Positions 26,101 to 39,658 of a DNA stretch of 64,000 nt are shown one piece after another. The stretch's first letter is position 1; each line of letters begins with the position of its first letter. The stretch covers positions 4,712,001 through 4,776,000 of the forward strand of contig NC_081333.1 in NCBI RefSeq assembly GCF_022539665.2. Reading direction: 5' to 3'. A model generated the notes under the pieces. That model made no database searches, was not told where the DNA came from, and was given only the letters and a program-made list of their open reading frames with translations. Source of the DNA: Daphnia carinata (taxonomy: Eukaryota). A program made the translations under genes and the position numbers.

Positions 26101-29100
26101 ACCTCGTTCACTGTACGAGAACGAAGCGGCACCGAGTTTTTAGTGGAATAAGCGAATTCGCATCTTATTTTTTAAAGCGAACGAAAATGCTCGATTGTTA
26201 TCTTCTAGATGCTTTTCCAGAAACGGGTGGTAGAAAGACAAAGCCTTTTTTCCCCATATGGAATCGTGTGAACGAACAGCTCGAGGAAGATAGTTAGTTA
26301 TATTTGGAATCTTTATTCGTACAAGCGCACAGGAATGGGCGGTAGTATTTGAAAATAAATTGTTGAAGCACGAAGGGTAATTACTGCTAATTATAAATTA
26401 TTGTTGATTTGAAAAAAAAAGTTTTTGGTTAAGTTTAGTTTAAGCTATTCAAAAGCATAGTGAACGGAGGACTCCACATTATTTTTAACAATCTAATTTT
26501 GTTGTTATCGTGCCCCGAATTCAGAGACATTATTGCGTTATTCGTCATTCTAAGCGAAGAAAAATTAACCATGTCCTACTACCATAACTGAAAATTGAGT
26601 TGACAGTCGAAAGAGGATTTTAGGTTTAAGCGCTACCTAGAATATTGACAAAATGCGATGGCGGTTGGGTCATTGAGTTTAGCGCAGTTAATTTTCATTT
26701 GCATAGCGAATCAAAATAATGTAAAAGGCTCACACCATTGCGTCAGGAAATTGCGTTACACAAGCGTAACGGTTCTAAAAGGATAAACGAAACGCAAATA
26801 TCGCATTTTAATTTTGAATTATAGCCTACTTTTTTCGGCTATACGGCAACCATTTGAATTCTTCAAACCCTTCATTTATAAGCAACGTGTAACGAAGCCG
26901 TCCTAGTTTCTGATTTCAGCCTTTTTTTTGTTCTGTTTGTTTGCGTTTTCATTTGGATTAAGTTTCTTTTTTCGTTTGGATGCCAACCAAAGCCATTAAT
27001 TGTGCTAATAAATACCGGGATAAATACTATGCACGGATGCATGCACGCTTGGCAATCATATGACTAGACCATATCCAATGCACGAGGACTTATAGTGTAA
27101 GCAATTCTCGAGGTTTTTGTACTTACATCTTCAAATCTCGTCGTTTATTATTGCCCTCCATGGAAGCAGCCCAGATTTCTAGCGTAGAACGTACATAGTA
27201 TAAGGTATACAAGTACAACCATACGTAGTGTGCATTACTTTCTACGCTTCCCTGTTTTCTCCTACTCTCCGCTGAAATACTATACACTTGGCCGTTGCGA
27301 TTGCAGTTAATAAAAGCGATTTATTGCTCAGTGTTGGCTGAATTATTGATTACTTCCAGCAAATAAGAAAAGGTCCCACGTGAGATCGTAACAGTCACGT
27401 AGCCGTGGGTGATTGATGTAACAGCAATTGTTCATTCTCGCGCGTTTCCACATTGTAGCCGAGTTCATTTTTACGATACGACATGCATCAGCCTTCATAC
27501 GTTTCCATACACAACAAGACTGTTGGATTGGTGTACAAAGACGAATTGATACTCGTCTGCACGATACGTGTACTCAACACGGTGCGCTAGGACTTGTCAC
27601 TGTCGCTCGATTTATTTAGCAAATCGCCGTACGGCGGTGTGGCGTTTCTCTAATAGAGACGTTAGTCCCGAAGGTCATCCTAGATATATAAGTTAAGTTG
27701 CTGTTATCATAGATACATTACTCAAAATCAAGCATCTAATAGAACGATGTTAGCAGTTTTTCCGATTATTCCCGCTGCAGAGAGTAGATGCAAGAAATCT
27801 GAAATTGTAGATCGTTTGGCCTTTCCGCGTGTAAGTGCCTATGTCCTATTCATTGTTACTTTCAACGGCGTTCGTAAATTGTTACAAGTTATGACAGCAA
27901 TATAGCTTTGTCTGACGGTTGGGTTGTCTTCTGCCATCGGGACGCTATTTGTTTGCCTCTTGCCGTCCCAACAAGTGCTCGTCTGACTTTGATACAATGA
28001 CCCGTATGTTTGGAGACTTGGAGAGCACTCGTATACACAATGGAATAGCTATTACCTGATTGCGTGTCTAGTAACTAATAAGTTTATACACCCGACAGGC
28101 TCCATATGTTCTATGATATGTTTGCTTTATAAAGTACACAGGTGTATGAGAGAGGAAAGCAAATGAGTCAATCTACTTACCTCAGAATTGATCTTAGGTC
28201 GATTTAAAAAAAAAAAAGGGTTTGGTACTTCAAAAGAGCGCGAAATGTAATGCGTGGGGTGAAGCGGTTGGAGATTGTGGTTCCCCCTCAAATAAAACTA
28301 AAAATGAAATAAAATGGAGAAGGTTGAGAATATTTCAGATAGCCTATGGCATTGTATTGCTAAAAAAAAAAAAGTAAACACCTTTTTCACGTTCGTAAAA
28401 TCGCATAATAAGGTATAGCTGGTGCCTGGTATTGGAATTACCCAGTGAGTAGTAAACAGACCCATTTCTAATAAACCTGTTTATTTGTTTATATCACTTC
28501 GATTTGAAAAAAAATCCAATTACTTCTCTTTCGTACTCCCGTGTAAACAGAAAATGTAATAGTCGGTTTTGAGATTCGTTAATTCTATTTTTTTTTTTCC
28601 TGTTCGGTCCTGTAGATATTTTATCCATCGTTCAAAAATGCTTGAAATTCCTGGCACCAGAATGATATACGTCACCTGGCCTTAAAGTAATTAAAACCAC
28701 ACTCCAATAGTCGCAATATTTGATGGGCGGCGTGTATGGAAAAGCAAACGATCCTGTTACATTGTGGCTTATAAATGCCGATATTCAATTTATTAGAAAA
28801 AAAAAAGTTGGGAGACGACAATCACGCCACTACGTCCTCTGTTTCCCTCCTGAAGCTTCTCATCCGGCAGACTTCAACTCGTTTGCGTAGAAGAGGAACA
28901 TTAATAAGTCTATATCCTGTGTAATAATTCGTTGCTTTGGAGTAACGTTTGTTTTTCATTTCCCTATTTATTTTTTTTTTTTTTCGGTTCCATCACTATG
29001 AGGTATTCAAGGTATTTGGGTACGTATATAGTACAAGAGAATCAATAGCTTCTCATGGTTATACAGCTCAAGGATTTCATCTATGCAAATCTCCACGTCT

Positions 29101-32100
29101 AGCAGTTCAACGTATGGCACTTTGTAATCTTTCTCCCTTTCGTACGTTCTGTCCGTATGGTATTACTCTCTAAAAATAGCTTATCGTGTCAGCGGTACGT
29201 TCATTCATGTTTAAATAATCAATCCATGCGTGCATGTGTTTCAATTTCATACTCCCTATTTTGCTGCATTGAAAAAGGGTGGGTTGTTCGATTTGAATTT
29301 TTTTCTATGCAAAAACCCTAGACGTTAAAAAAATGAGTCACATGCAAGTTCCAACAAATCAAGAAAAGGGAAAACAGGGTCATAGAATGGAAAGCGATAT
29401 AAAATCAACTTAACAAAAGTGAACGTATTTTCTTTATGAGAGCCGTGTTTTCGCCATACGAATTGACTGTTGTTAAATACATGTTCATTATCCTTGCTCA
29501 ATAGCATATGTTCTTGCACAATAGCCAACCTCTGCAATGGAGCTAAACAAGAAGAGGAACTGTTGCAATTGGTGAGAATCCAGCTAAACACAAATTTTAC
29601 TTTTCGCGTTTTCCATAATCAGAAATCTTCTGCCGTATGAACTTTACAGTTTGAACTCTCCGCCACGTCCTCTCCTTGAAGGTAAAGGGAAAATTTGATA
29701 TCCATCTAGTAAATTATGTTCGCCGGTGGCACTTGTAGGTCCTATGGCTGACAAGATCAGTTCACCGAACGCCCCGCTTAATTTTCTGCCATCTAGTACA
29801 CGGCAAACGTGGCTGAACAAACGCTCGCCGAGGTCCCATTGCTCGGGTTTTGGTTAATCAGAGCTCACAATTATTAAAGCGTTTAACTATACATACATGA
29901 AAGGATGCAACAGAGATCTCATCATAAAGTAATGGGGCGCAGGGGTGTAATTATTGAAATATGCGTTGATTTCCCAGTGTCTTGTATCCAACATGTTCTT
30001 GCTTTTGATTACGCCGGCAATGCAACGGGATGTTTTTTTTCCCATCATATTAAAGCACAGCCGAAAGGCATAGCTAAGCGAAGCCTGATTTCCAGCCAAA
30101 AGAGGATTCGTTATTTAGTCGCAATCATGAAATACGAATGAAAAAAAAAGATCTATAGGATGGACTGAACGAGCAGGCGAAATACAACCACGTCACGTTG
30201 TGCACCATTCATGCTTATTTCCTGGATATTACTGATTGATTAGCTGTGTGCTTTTCCCTTTCTCTCCCAAAAATCGTCGTTAAGTGCAGGGTTGTTGTGC
30301 CATACGATTTCTAAGAAATGTTAAGATTATTGCACGCCAGATATGCATTCGCGCTATATGAACATCAAGTTGTATCCAATTAGGGTAGCAAAATTTGCAC
30401 AGAGTTACCATAGACTACGGCTCAACATGTTCTTCGATTGTTTTTCTTCTTTTTACATACGGAAATAAGCGTCTTCTCTTCTTTGTGCCTCAAGTCCGCG
30501 TAAGATTTTTGCGCAATTTTTTACCTATTTTTGGTATTCGTACATGGTAGAAGCGTTCCAAAGATTGGCAAAAGTTGTTCCGTTCTAACTTCGTTTCTTA
30601 TTATTATTATTGTTTTTATTGTATTTGTTTTTAAAAATCAGAGATTCCTTTTTAAATCCCAGACTTTCCCCAAAGCGCACATCATGTAATATTTTTGTTT
30701 CCCATCCAATTGGCAAGCAAAGGGGAAGAAAGTTTAGTTTTACAACACCAGTATTTTTGGCTTTTTCTTGCGAGAGGCAGACCAAAATTGACCCTTAAGG
30801 AATGGTTAAACAACAGTACGCCACAAAAACATGATACAGCGTGTTGAACTAACCAGTATATGAAAGGCGGTGCAATACCTTACTTTTGTGCAACAAACGA
30901 TTTGCTATAACTGGCTTCTTACCCTTTGCGCCCACTCGTCGTGACGATGATACTGTTAAGAGATGACATTTTACACTGATTCTGAAATTTTTAACTTTGA
31001 TTAGGACAAGTTGTACTGCGTGCCTAATACATACCTTTCCTTCTAAATCTATGGGTAATCACCGGTAGGCAGTTAGGAGTTACTGCCACTGGCAAACGTT
31101 TGGTGATGCAACGAATTCGATAGAACTACTGCGAACACTTCCTTCATTCCCCATTTTGACCTTTTCTCCGTTTTATCTGAAAGCATTTCGATTTTCCCCA
31201 TTGTGTTCGTTGCAAATGAAATACACGAGCAGCGCAATTTACTTGGATGAATTTTCAAATATTCAAAAGTGCATTTTTTCTATTGTTCTTTTCAAATCGC
31301 CCCTTGAAGCCTGCGAAAGAAAGCAAACATTTGTAACAAGTACTAGGGATGAATAATCTTTTTCCTCGATAAGTCAGCCGTAACAAATTGGCGCCTTCTT
31401 AAGTGAAAGTTTCAAGCGTTTCTCGCATTGATTTTTTTTTCTCTAAACGGACTGAAAATAGCGTTTAAACGAATTTAAGACTACGGAGCGTATATAGGCA
31501 ATCCTTTTTGGAGAAACTTGCAACCTTTGCTTGCGGGAAGTTGCAACGCATGTATGGTTTTCTGAGACGTATGTAGTAACTTTGTTATGCTATAATACCG
31601 TCAAAAGAACTACGAAAAATTAAATAAAAACTCATGTTAGCAGTGATGTCTTATAAGTTATCTCTATGTGACAGTCAATGTCGAAGGGCTAACGAAAACG
31701 ATTTTTTGTTTGTTTCTTACATATCGATTACCTCTGTCATTCGCAAAAACCAACCAACAGGAAAAACGAAACACAACCGCTAGCTCCAATAACATTATGA
31801 TTCTCTGCCGTGGGTTATGTGTGCATACTTAGAGACGTAAATACATAATGCTTAAACATTTTCGTAAACTGCACGTTGCATATAGGCTACTTTGAAGTAA
31901 ACGAGAACACAGTGGCATTTTTTTTTTGTTTGCTGGCTATGTAATCCTGCTTCTTCCTACTGTAGGTTAGACAGGAAAACAGAGATTCGGTTTCTGACTG
32001 TACAGCATTCGCGCGTTGTGTTGCAAAGCTGTAAGCCCTCAAAGATGTATTGGCATTTTTATGGCCGTCTAAACTCTTTGATCTCTGTAAAGGATTTCAC

Positions 32101-33968
32101 CTCCAAAGAGTCACTCTCCACTTTCAGCTGAAACCAACCCGAAAATGTGAGACACAGACACAGAGTCAAAAGCCCTTCAACTATTCACAATTTTCAGAGC
32201 ATATTACAACGATTCGTTGTACTTAACTTTTCTTTCTTTTTTTTTTTTTTTGATTTTTTTTGTCTTGATTTAGAAAGAGAAAAAAAAAAAAAAAATCTTA
32301 AGAGAGCATAGCGAGCTGCTATAGGACAATAAGTTGGGTGATAGTGGTCATGCACGAGGGGAGAAGAAACAACAAACAACTTCAAAGGTTTGCTTACTGT
32401 TGTGCAAGTAGTAAGCGGCAAACTCGCACTCGCTTTGTGATACACACCTCCGATGAGCGAGATATTCCACGTTTCGTTAGTACGAATGCTAACTATGCTC
32501 GCGTGCTTAGTGTATGCGACGATTGACGGAATTCTAGCTTTTTCGTCTCACCTTCCTTAGCTCGCTGATCAATATCTTATTACTTGCAAGTCCAGATCGT
32601 CTGCGGTTTGCATACGTAATGCGTTATTTTGTTGCCCCCGCCTACGATTTACTCTGTGTGCCCACACTGGCCCGCTGTGTTTTTTTACTTAAGGGCACCA
32701 TCACTACCCACCTTGGCAGAAAGTTTCTTCTGAGTGGCCCCAAATGGTTGAACTATCTGGTGATCCAAGAAGAAAGAAAAAAAAAGAAAGACAAGACGTG
32801 ATGCAAAATGGCCGTGATGCAGACATAAGACGTTAGGATGTGGCACGTGGGTTTATGGTATACCAACCTTATCTGATGTGCTGTACACGTTACAAGCCAT
32901 CAAACGTTTATTCTTTCTGTTTTGCTAGTGTCCCGGGAATAAAACTGAGAAGCCACATATTTGCATACACGCCTTAGCACTTTAGGCTTGTTTCGCATCT
33001 GGGGGCCACTTTTTTTCGCTGCATGTTATACGGATAGTCGGATGCAATTCCATCAGCAGGGCGCAGGCGGTCGGCCACTGTTAGTTGCTCAGCCCATCAA
33101 AGTGTGTAGTAACCACGGATCGCGACTTTTTCCAAAATTTGTCTTCCCTTTTTTTTTTTTTTTTAACACACCGTGTTGCTCCAAACTGTTTAAAATGTTA
33201 ACTATCACAAACCGACCACAACCAGTCCCGAGACTCGCATCTTTGGTGATATCTTGGGAAACTTGAATTCCTAACAGATTACTAGGAGGTGGTGTTCAGT
33301 GCAAAACTATAATTAGCTCCAGACTTTAAACATCGTTAAATTTTTTCTTTAAAATGTGAAAAATTCAATTTGATTGTCTTTGAACAATGGAATGTAAAAA
33401 TTGCTGACACAATTCAAAGAAATAGCCCGTACAAATTTCCAAGACCCTGACGTACATGTGCTTCCAGCAGACTTCAGCTGCTATCAGATAATACAGCTTC
33501 TTACGTCATCCTAATAGAAAAGCAGATCAAATGTTATTTTTGTCTTTTCATTCGAATGCGCAGGAAAGTAAAAACACGCAAAACAAACAAACAAAAAACA
33601 AAGATCTCGATCGATGTGCATCGTAGTGCGCTGATGCAATAAAGGTTAGTTGCTGATAGCGAAAAAAGAAAAGCTACAACCGGGCAGCCCGCCTTTATGT
33701 ATATATTACGCACTGGCATAACCACGGCGGACCGCTATAGCCAATGGACAATAATGCGGCAACACACGCGGCCGAATAGCGAAATAAAGAAGGTTAGGCG
33801 TTCAGCTCTGTTAGATAGATAGATGCATTTTAAAAAAAAAGTTTAGTCCCAGGAGACAGTCGAATGATACGCTCGCCGTTGTACATCCAGCAAGTAGTAA
33901 CGAAGAGTCGCTATATAGCGAACGGACTTAACGGCTCGCGTAGCAACAAAAGAACTCTTCCCTCTCAC

Positions 33969-33969
<1 letters not shown>

Positions 33970-34002
<33 letters not shown>
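33970..34002. repeat. (CT)n / GAGA-type microsatellite
   Basis: Directly visible. Confidence 0.9.
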
Positions 34003-37000
34003 GCTATCTATCTCTCTTTTCTCTTTTGAGAATAGTTAATCAAATTCCACGACTTGTAACCTGTACTCTGTATAGCTGGCCTCGACGCAGAGATTTTGAG
34101 GATGATCGCTGCCGAAACTTTTCCCTGCCAACCTAAACTTGTTAATTGGATAGGGGGTCCTATAGGCAGGCCTTTCACGTAGACTTGTCCGTCGTCGTAT
34201 AAAAAGGGCCAGCGAATATGGCACGATGGTTGTGTCGATGAAAATATGCGAGCCAAAGCAAAAAAGAAACAGTGCACAAGAGAAAGAGGACAATGACGAG
34301 AAAGGAAAAAAAAAAAACCTATTCACTTTATAGTTGGCAACGTTATCTACACTCATCATCCAGCCACACGTTACACCGAGCCAAACCTGGGTGGGCGGCG
34401 CGGGTGTTTGCTTTTTTATTTTTATTTTTCGGGTCTTTTGCTCGTCGAACCATTATACCTCCACCCACCCGTCTCTGACACACTTTGCAGCAGAGAAACA
34501 AACTTGGAAATATGAATATTGGAAGCCGGTGCTGGTTTAAAAAAAAAAAAATAAGAATAATAATATTTTTTAAAAAAAATTCAGAGTACGACCTGAGAGA
34601 CGCCGCGGTGTGCGATGCGGTGCTGCCTTCATATCAGCTGCCTTTCGGTTCATTGAACGCTAAAGTTTCCTATATAGCATCTCTGTTCCTTTTTTTTTCT
34701 CATTCGGGGCGTTCACTCCCGGTTCGGAATGAATCTCCGTGAGTGATGTTTTCCCCGTGGTGCGATCATGCGTCACTGCCTTTATATTTTCCTATATTTG
34801 CTATGTACTATGCATTTTTTTTTTCACATATAGTTTTTTTCTTTTGGTTCTTGTCTCGGTCTTCTTATTCCTCTTTTCCTTTTCAGCCTTCTTCTTCGTT
34901 TTCTAATTTTTTTTTTCCATCGTATCTTTTCTAAGCTCTTTAGTTTTACCTTAACCTAACTGACGTGCCGCACACACGAGATATACCAAGCGAATATGAC
35001 GATAACATTTTGGGACTCTACCTCTGGGACTCCTTAATGACGGCCCGGGGTTGAAGCCATAGCCCTACGCTTTCCCTCTACGCTCGCAAATTGCTATGTG
35101 CCATATCTTACGTCATACCAGCAAGGCTTTCTTTTTTTCCTCTTTCTTTTAGAGCCCTCGTATTTTGCGCACCTATTTAAGATTATAACGCCAAGCTCAT
35201 CGTCATCGAGAGGATGCCCCGTATTACGTGTACACGTCGTCTCTTTTACTTGGCAAAGATTTTCTCTTGACAAAGTTCAGAATCAGACCGCGGGCACTGC
35301 TGTAAGCTAGAATGAGAAATCTCAAATGCTAAAGGCTGTAAATAGAAACAAAATCAGAGTTCATTGTTCTTTGTTATGTGACGTTTAAACGCGTCGCCTA
35401 TTAGCGATGAATCGAAAAATGAACGGAAACTTTAGAGATTATTATTAGCCTCCCAATTCACCGATTCAAACGCAAGTGCATCCTCATTTCCCAAGAACAT
35501 TTCATTTCTTTAAACAGCGTAAGACGCATTCAGCACTATCAAAATAAAGCGAATCTTTTTTGAGACAAAGAGACGGTGGATTGCATGTGCGCTTCTGTTT
35601 AACCGGGTTTACTCCGTCTCCATTTCTCACACATGGGGGACCCATGAGAGCGTAACCCATTGCGCAATTCCATTTTCTTCTACGTCGGCGGCATCGTTAC
35701 AACCGTGCAATAGTCGCAAAAAGAAGGAAAAAAAAGCACTGCCTGTGCTCGCAAACAAAAATAGCAGGAAAGCTTTGAACGTTGAACCTTCCATTCAGGT
35801 TTTGCCCTCAAAACGTGGCAAAATGTCTAAATATAGCACACGATGAATCAACTAATGTGTTTAACAGAGTTGTTTTAAAGATGTCGACGCCTACCCAATT
35901 CAAGTGAAATGAAATTTAAAGTGAAAAGTTTGTATCCCCGTCTTTCATCGTTTTTCCTTTTAGTTAGATCGAGTAATAAAAAAGAGCCCACTAATGAGAC
36001 ATAAAACAATGGATTGCATTCAGGTATTCTGGCGCTGTACAGACGCAGCTCCGGTTCACCGCTGTTTAGACGTGACGGCAAATCATTTGAAAATAGACTG
36101 ACGAAAGGGAAACAACGAGGGAATAAAGAGCCAAAAGACAACACACGACCTGATCCGCCCTCACCTGGAAGCCTTTTTAATTGAAATGCCGGGAATAAAC
36201 GAAATTGGTAAGCATGCTTCAATGACCGATTCGTGTAAATTCCTATGCATATTTCTCGATCATAAGTGTATCGTCGGGCAGTTTTCTTCTTTCAATCTCT
36301 TTTTTTTTTTTCCTCCTTTCCTACATAAACTTCAGAATTGGCCGGCTTCTATTTCATTTGCCTTTTCCATTTCGAGTGGAGGAGTCGTCGTAATTGAAAC
36401 ATCCATATACTGAAGGCTGCCGCAATTTATTGTAATCGTCGTATTATGTAGTCAAGATAGTGCAAGACTTGCGGAAGGGCGCCTACGCCACTGAACATTG
36501 CTCAACGATAGGAGCCTTATCTACATCCTCTAACGTATTTTCCAATATTAAAAACAAAAAAAAAGAAAAAAGGAAGGAGAAAACCAGCAAATCGATATCG
36601 TTGCTGGGGCCGCTTAGGTAGCCGTTTTGCCGTTGTTGCTTCAATTCAGTTCCGACGTTTGACCTTCAAACGCCATCAATCAAGTGGACAATCGGCGTTC
36701 GGTGAATGGTGAACTCGGTACTTTTTTTTTTATTAGATGGTCTTGTTTTGTCGGTCTGTTATTCTTTGCTTCCTCATATTACATTGCCTGTTAGGCTTGC
36801 TTGTTTCCCAATAGCAAGTACCAAACTACCAACTACTGTTTCCACTTGGGTGACGATCTCCAAAAGTCAGCGCTTACATCTCTGCTACAAGTGACACAGT
36901 CCGAATGACGGCACACAACTTTGCCAGTTGCGCTAATCGAATTCGCCGGCTTTGAATGAATGCGTTTCGTCCATCTCTCCATGATGTTCTCTGTTAGCCG

Positions 37001-38032
37001 AAAGCTACGCCCTACTTTCTTTCGTGTGTCCGTGTGTGTGTGTGTGTGTCCTTTCATGATTTTCACGGCATTCGCATTGTTAATTGTTTTCCCACATGAG
37101 CCAACAGTCAACTACCACTGTGTAGTGTATATATATATATTACATTTTAATGTCGTCGTTCATCACTTTTTTTTTTCCAGCTATAGGCAATGTTATTGAA
37201 AATTGGACTTGAAATGAGCTGGAATTTCCGAATTCAATGACTTCCAGCTACAAGAACTTCTTCCCTTTCTCACTATGTGAGAGCTCGGTTCTATGCTTGA
37301 CTTTATTAACAGACAACACAATATGTGCCAGCCTATAATTTGGTGAGATGTTAACTTGTAAAGCTTGTTTGCCGAACGACGAGATGGGATGTCAAAAAAA
37401 AAATGTTTAATAAGCTTGTACAGAAAAAGAAAATCAAATAAAAAAGAATAATAAAAAAATAAAAACCAAAATTGAACAAATACTTGCGAGATTACAAATT
37501 CCTCTAGCCCTTTCTTCACGTTCTAGCCAAAAAAGGTAGAGAAAAAACAGCCGTAGAGAAGAGGATATTGCTGCACGCAATGTTCTAGATGTTGAAAACG
37601 TTCACCTAGACGTTTTACCTTCTCAATATATATTTTTTTTTATTGTTTTGTTTTCTTAAGTGATATTGTTTGTCTGTTCTCCGACTCAAGTGAAATTGTT
37701 TCCATCTGAATTGCGCTACTTGTGCGTTTAACTCCATTGGGGATTTCGATGTTTACATAATCATAACTTACCTTTAAACTGAATTCGCTTACACGTTGGT
37801 GGCGTATATTTATCATCCAGAAAAGAAACAGGTAGGTGAGTAGAGACAGAAAAAAAAAAAATAAAATGAAAATGATCGATCTGACATGGAACTAGTGATC
37901 GGCGTTACACAGAGCATGAAAATCATTTGGATTGGTTGTTAATTAACAACAAACAATCAAGCCCAATCATAAAATGTAGTTTAACGAAACGAAACACATT
38001 CTTTGGTATCATGTAAAATTCTGCATATATGT

Positions 38033-38055
38033 TATATATATATATATATATATAT
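38033..38055. repeat. (TA)n microsatellite
   Basis: Directly visible, downstream of the RasGRP stop (possibly 3' UTR). Confidence 0.9.
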
Positions 38056-39658
38056 GTGTATATATCGTCAACTATATGTAATGTAATATACCCGTAGAAA
38101 AGGTGAAAGGTAGTAGTATTGATTTGTTTTTGTTTTCTTGTTTCATTGTCAAGGAATCATAGAGAGAGAGGGGGGTAGCCGCGGAATGCATTCACTAACA
38201 ATTGTGTGTAGCTACACGATTCACAACATTTACACGATTTGGACAAATTGCACGGAAATCGTTTCGTACACGACGACGAGGATATGGGCACGGTGACTGA
38301 TCGTTCACGGTAGCAACGGCATGTCCATACAGATATGGTTTCAACATAATTAATGCACTGAACATACCCAAAGCATTGTGACATACATATCATTGTTCGC
38401 GTTTGTTTTTTGTTTTTTTTTGTTTGTTTTTTCTTTTTCTTTTATGCGTGTGTTGTGTTGTTTAGATACGTAGATAATTCATTTGAAATGACAAAAAAAA
38501 AAACGATTTGGTTCGGGAGCCCAATCGCTGTTGGCCTGCTGCCTTGTGAATGGGTTCAAAATGTAGTCTCGTAACTCGGATCTAAAGTCAGTGAAAGGCA
38601 CCTATCGTACAGAATAGTATTTTTCTAACGAAGCGGTAGATATGATGATAGTCTCATTTGGGATGATATAAAGTATAACGGTCAATAGAGAATCTCTAAT
38701 TTTCGGCTTAATTTGCCTCTCGACTTTGTTTCGTCATCTTTTTTGTTTACCATCTTGATATCTTTGTGTTTGTATCAGGTTTTCGTGAACCTGGGAATCT
38801 AGAAATACGTTTGCTTGTGTGGGTTATGTGTGATGCTAAGCTGTACTAACTACTACTGGACAAAACCAAAGAAAGCTATGGGTAAAGGTTGAAATATGAA
38901 CGAAAGATGACTGCTGGCTTCGAGTGACGGGATCATCTATAACTCAAAAACAATTTTTTCTGGGAGACGAGGGGAGGTGAATATGTTTTTCACAGAAAGA
39001 CTAAGCATTATTTGGTGTAAGGTGTAGCGGACAAAAATCGCTTGGCTAGCGCGAATGGCTGTTTCGTTAAAAAAAATGGCGTGTTTGTGTGTACAGGAAA
39101 GAGTTTCAACGACGAGTTCCAACAGATCGCATTGCCGTTTGAACTGCCGCAAAAAGATAGCACAAATTATCAGGAAATCTTAATTGCATTCAAAGCGACG
39201 CGTCACAACGTAGGACGCATCATGGCATAACATGCATCACAACCATCGTGACAATTTTGCCATTAGTAGAAGACATTCTTCTAGAATATATGTGGGATTC
39301 TTTAGGCTTCCGCGGTATGAACAAGGGGAAAACGAACAACAATTCAGAATATACGCAACAGGAACAACATTGTTGATATTCATTCGGGCAGAGAATAAGG
39401 AAATGTCAGATCAGTTGGATATGAAGACAAACAGTCATCACTGCAGACAACCCATACAAGTAGCGTAGGAGAGAGGATGCATCAATTACGTCACGTCATT
39501 TCTATTGATTCCGGTAAAGTGCTCGGCGCAACACGTGCGCTCCTTGGCGGAGTAATTTCAATTTCCCTGCTTTTCAACTTATGCCTCTTGTTTTCTTGTT
39601 TTGGTTTTTTTTCCTTTTTCATTTCTATACCCACTGTTTTATAAATCACCTACTTCTA

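Noticed and set aside
28181..28192. 12-nt minus-strand micro-exon (TAAG|ATCAATTCTGAG|GTAAGT)
   Set aside because: Splice signals alone are insufficient, and there is no anchoring upstream exon.
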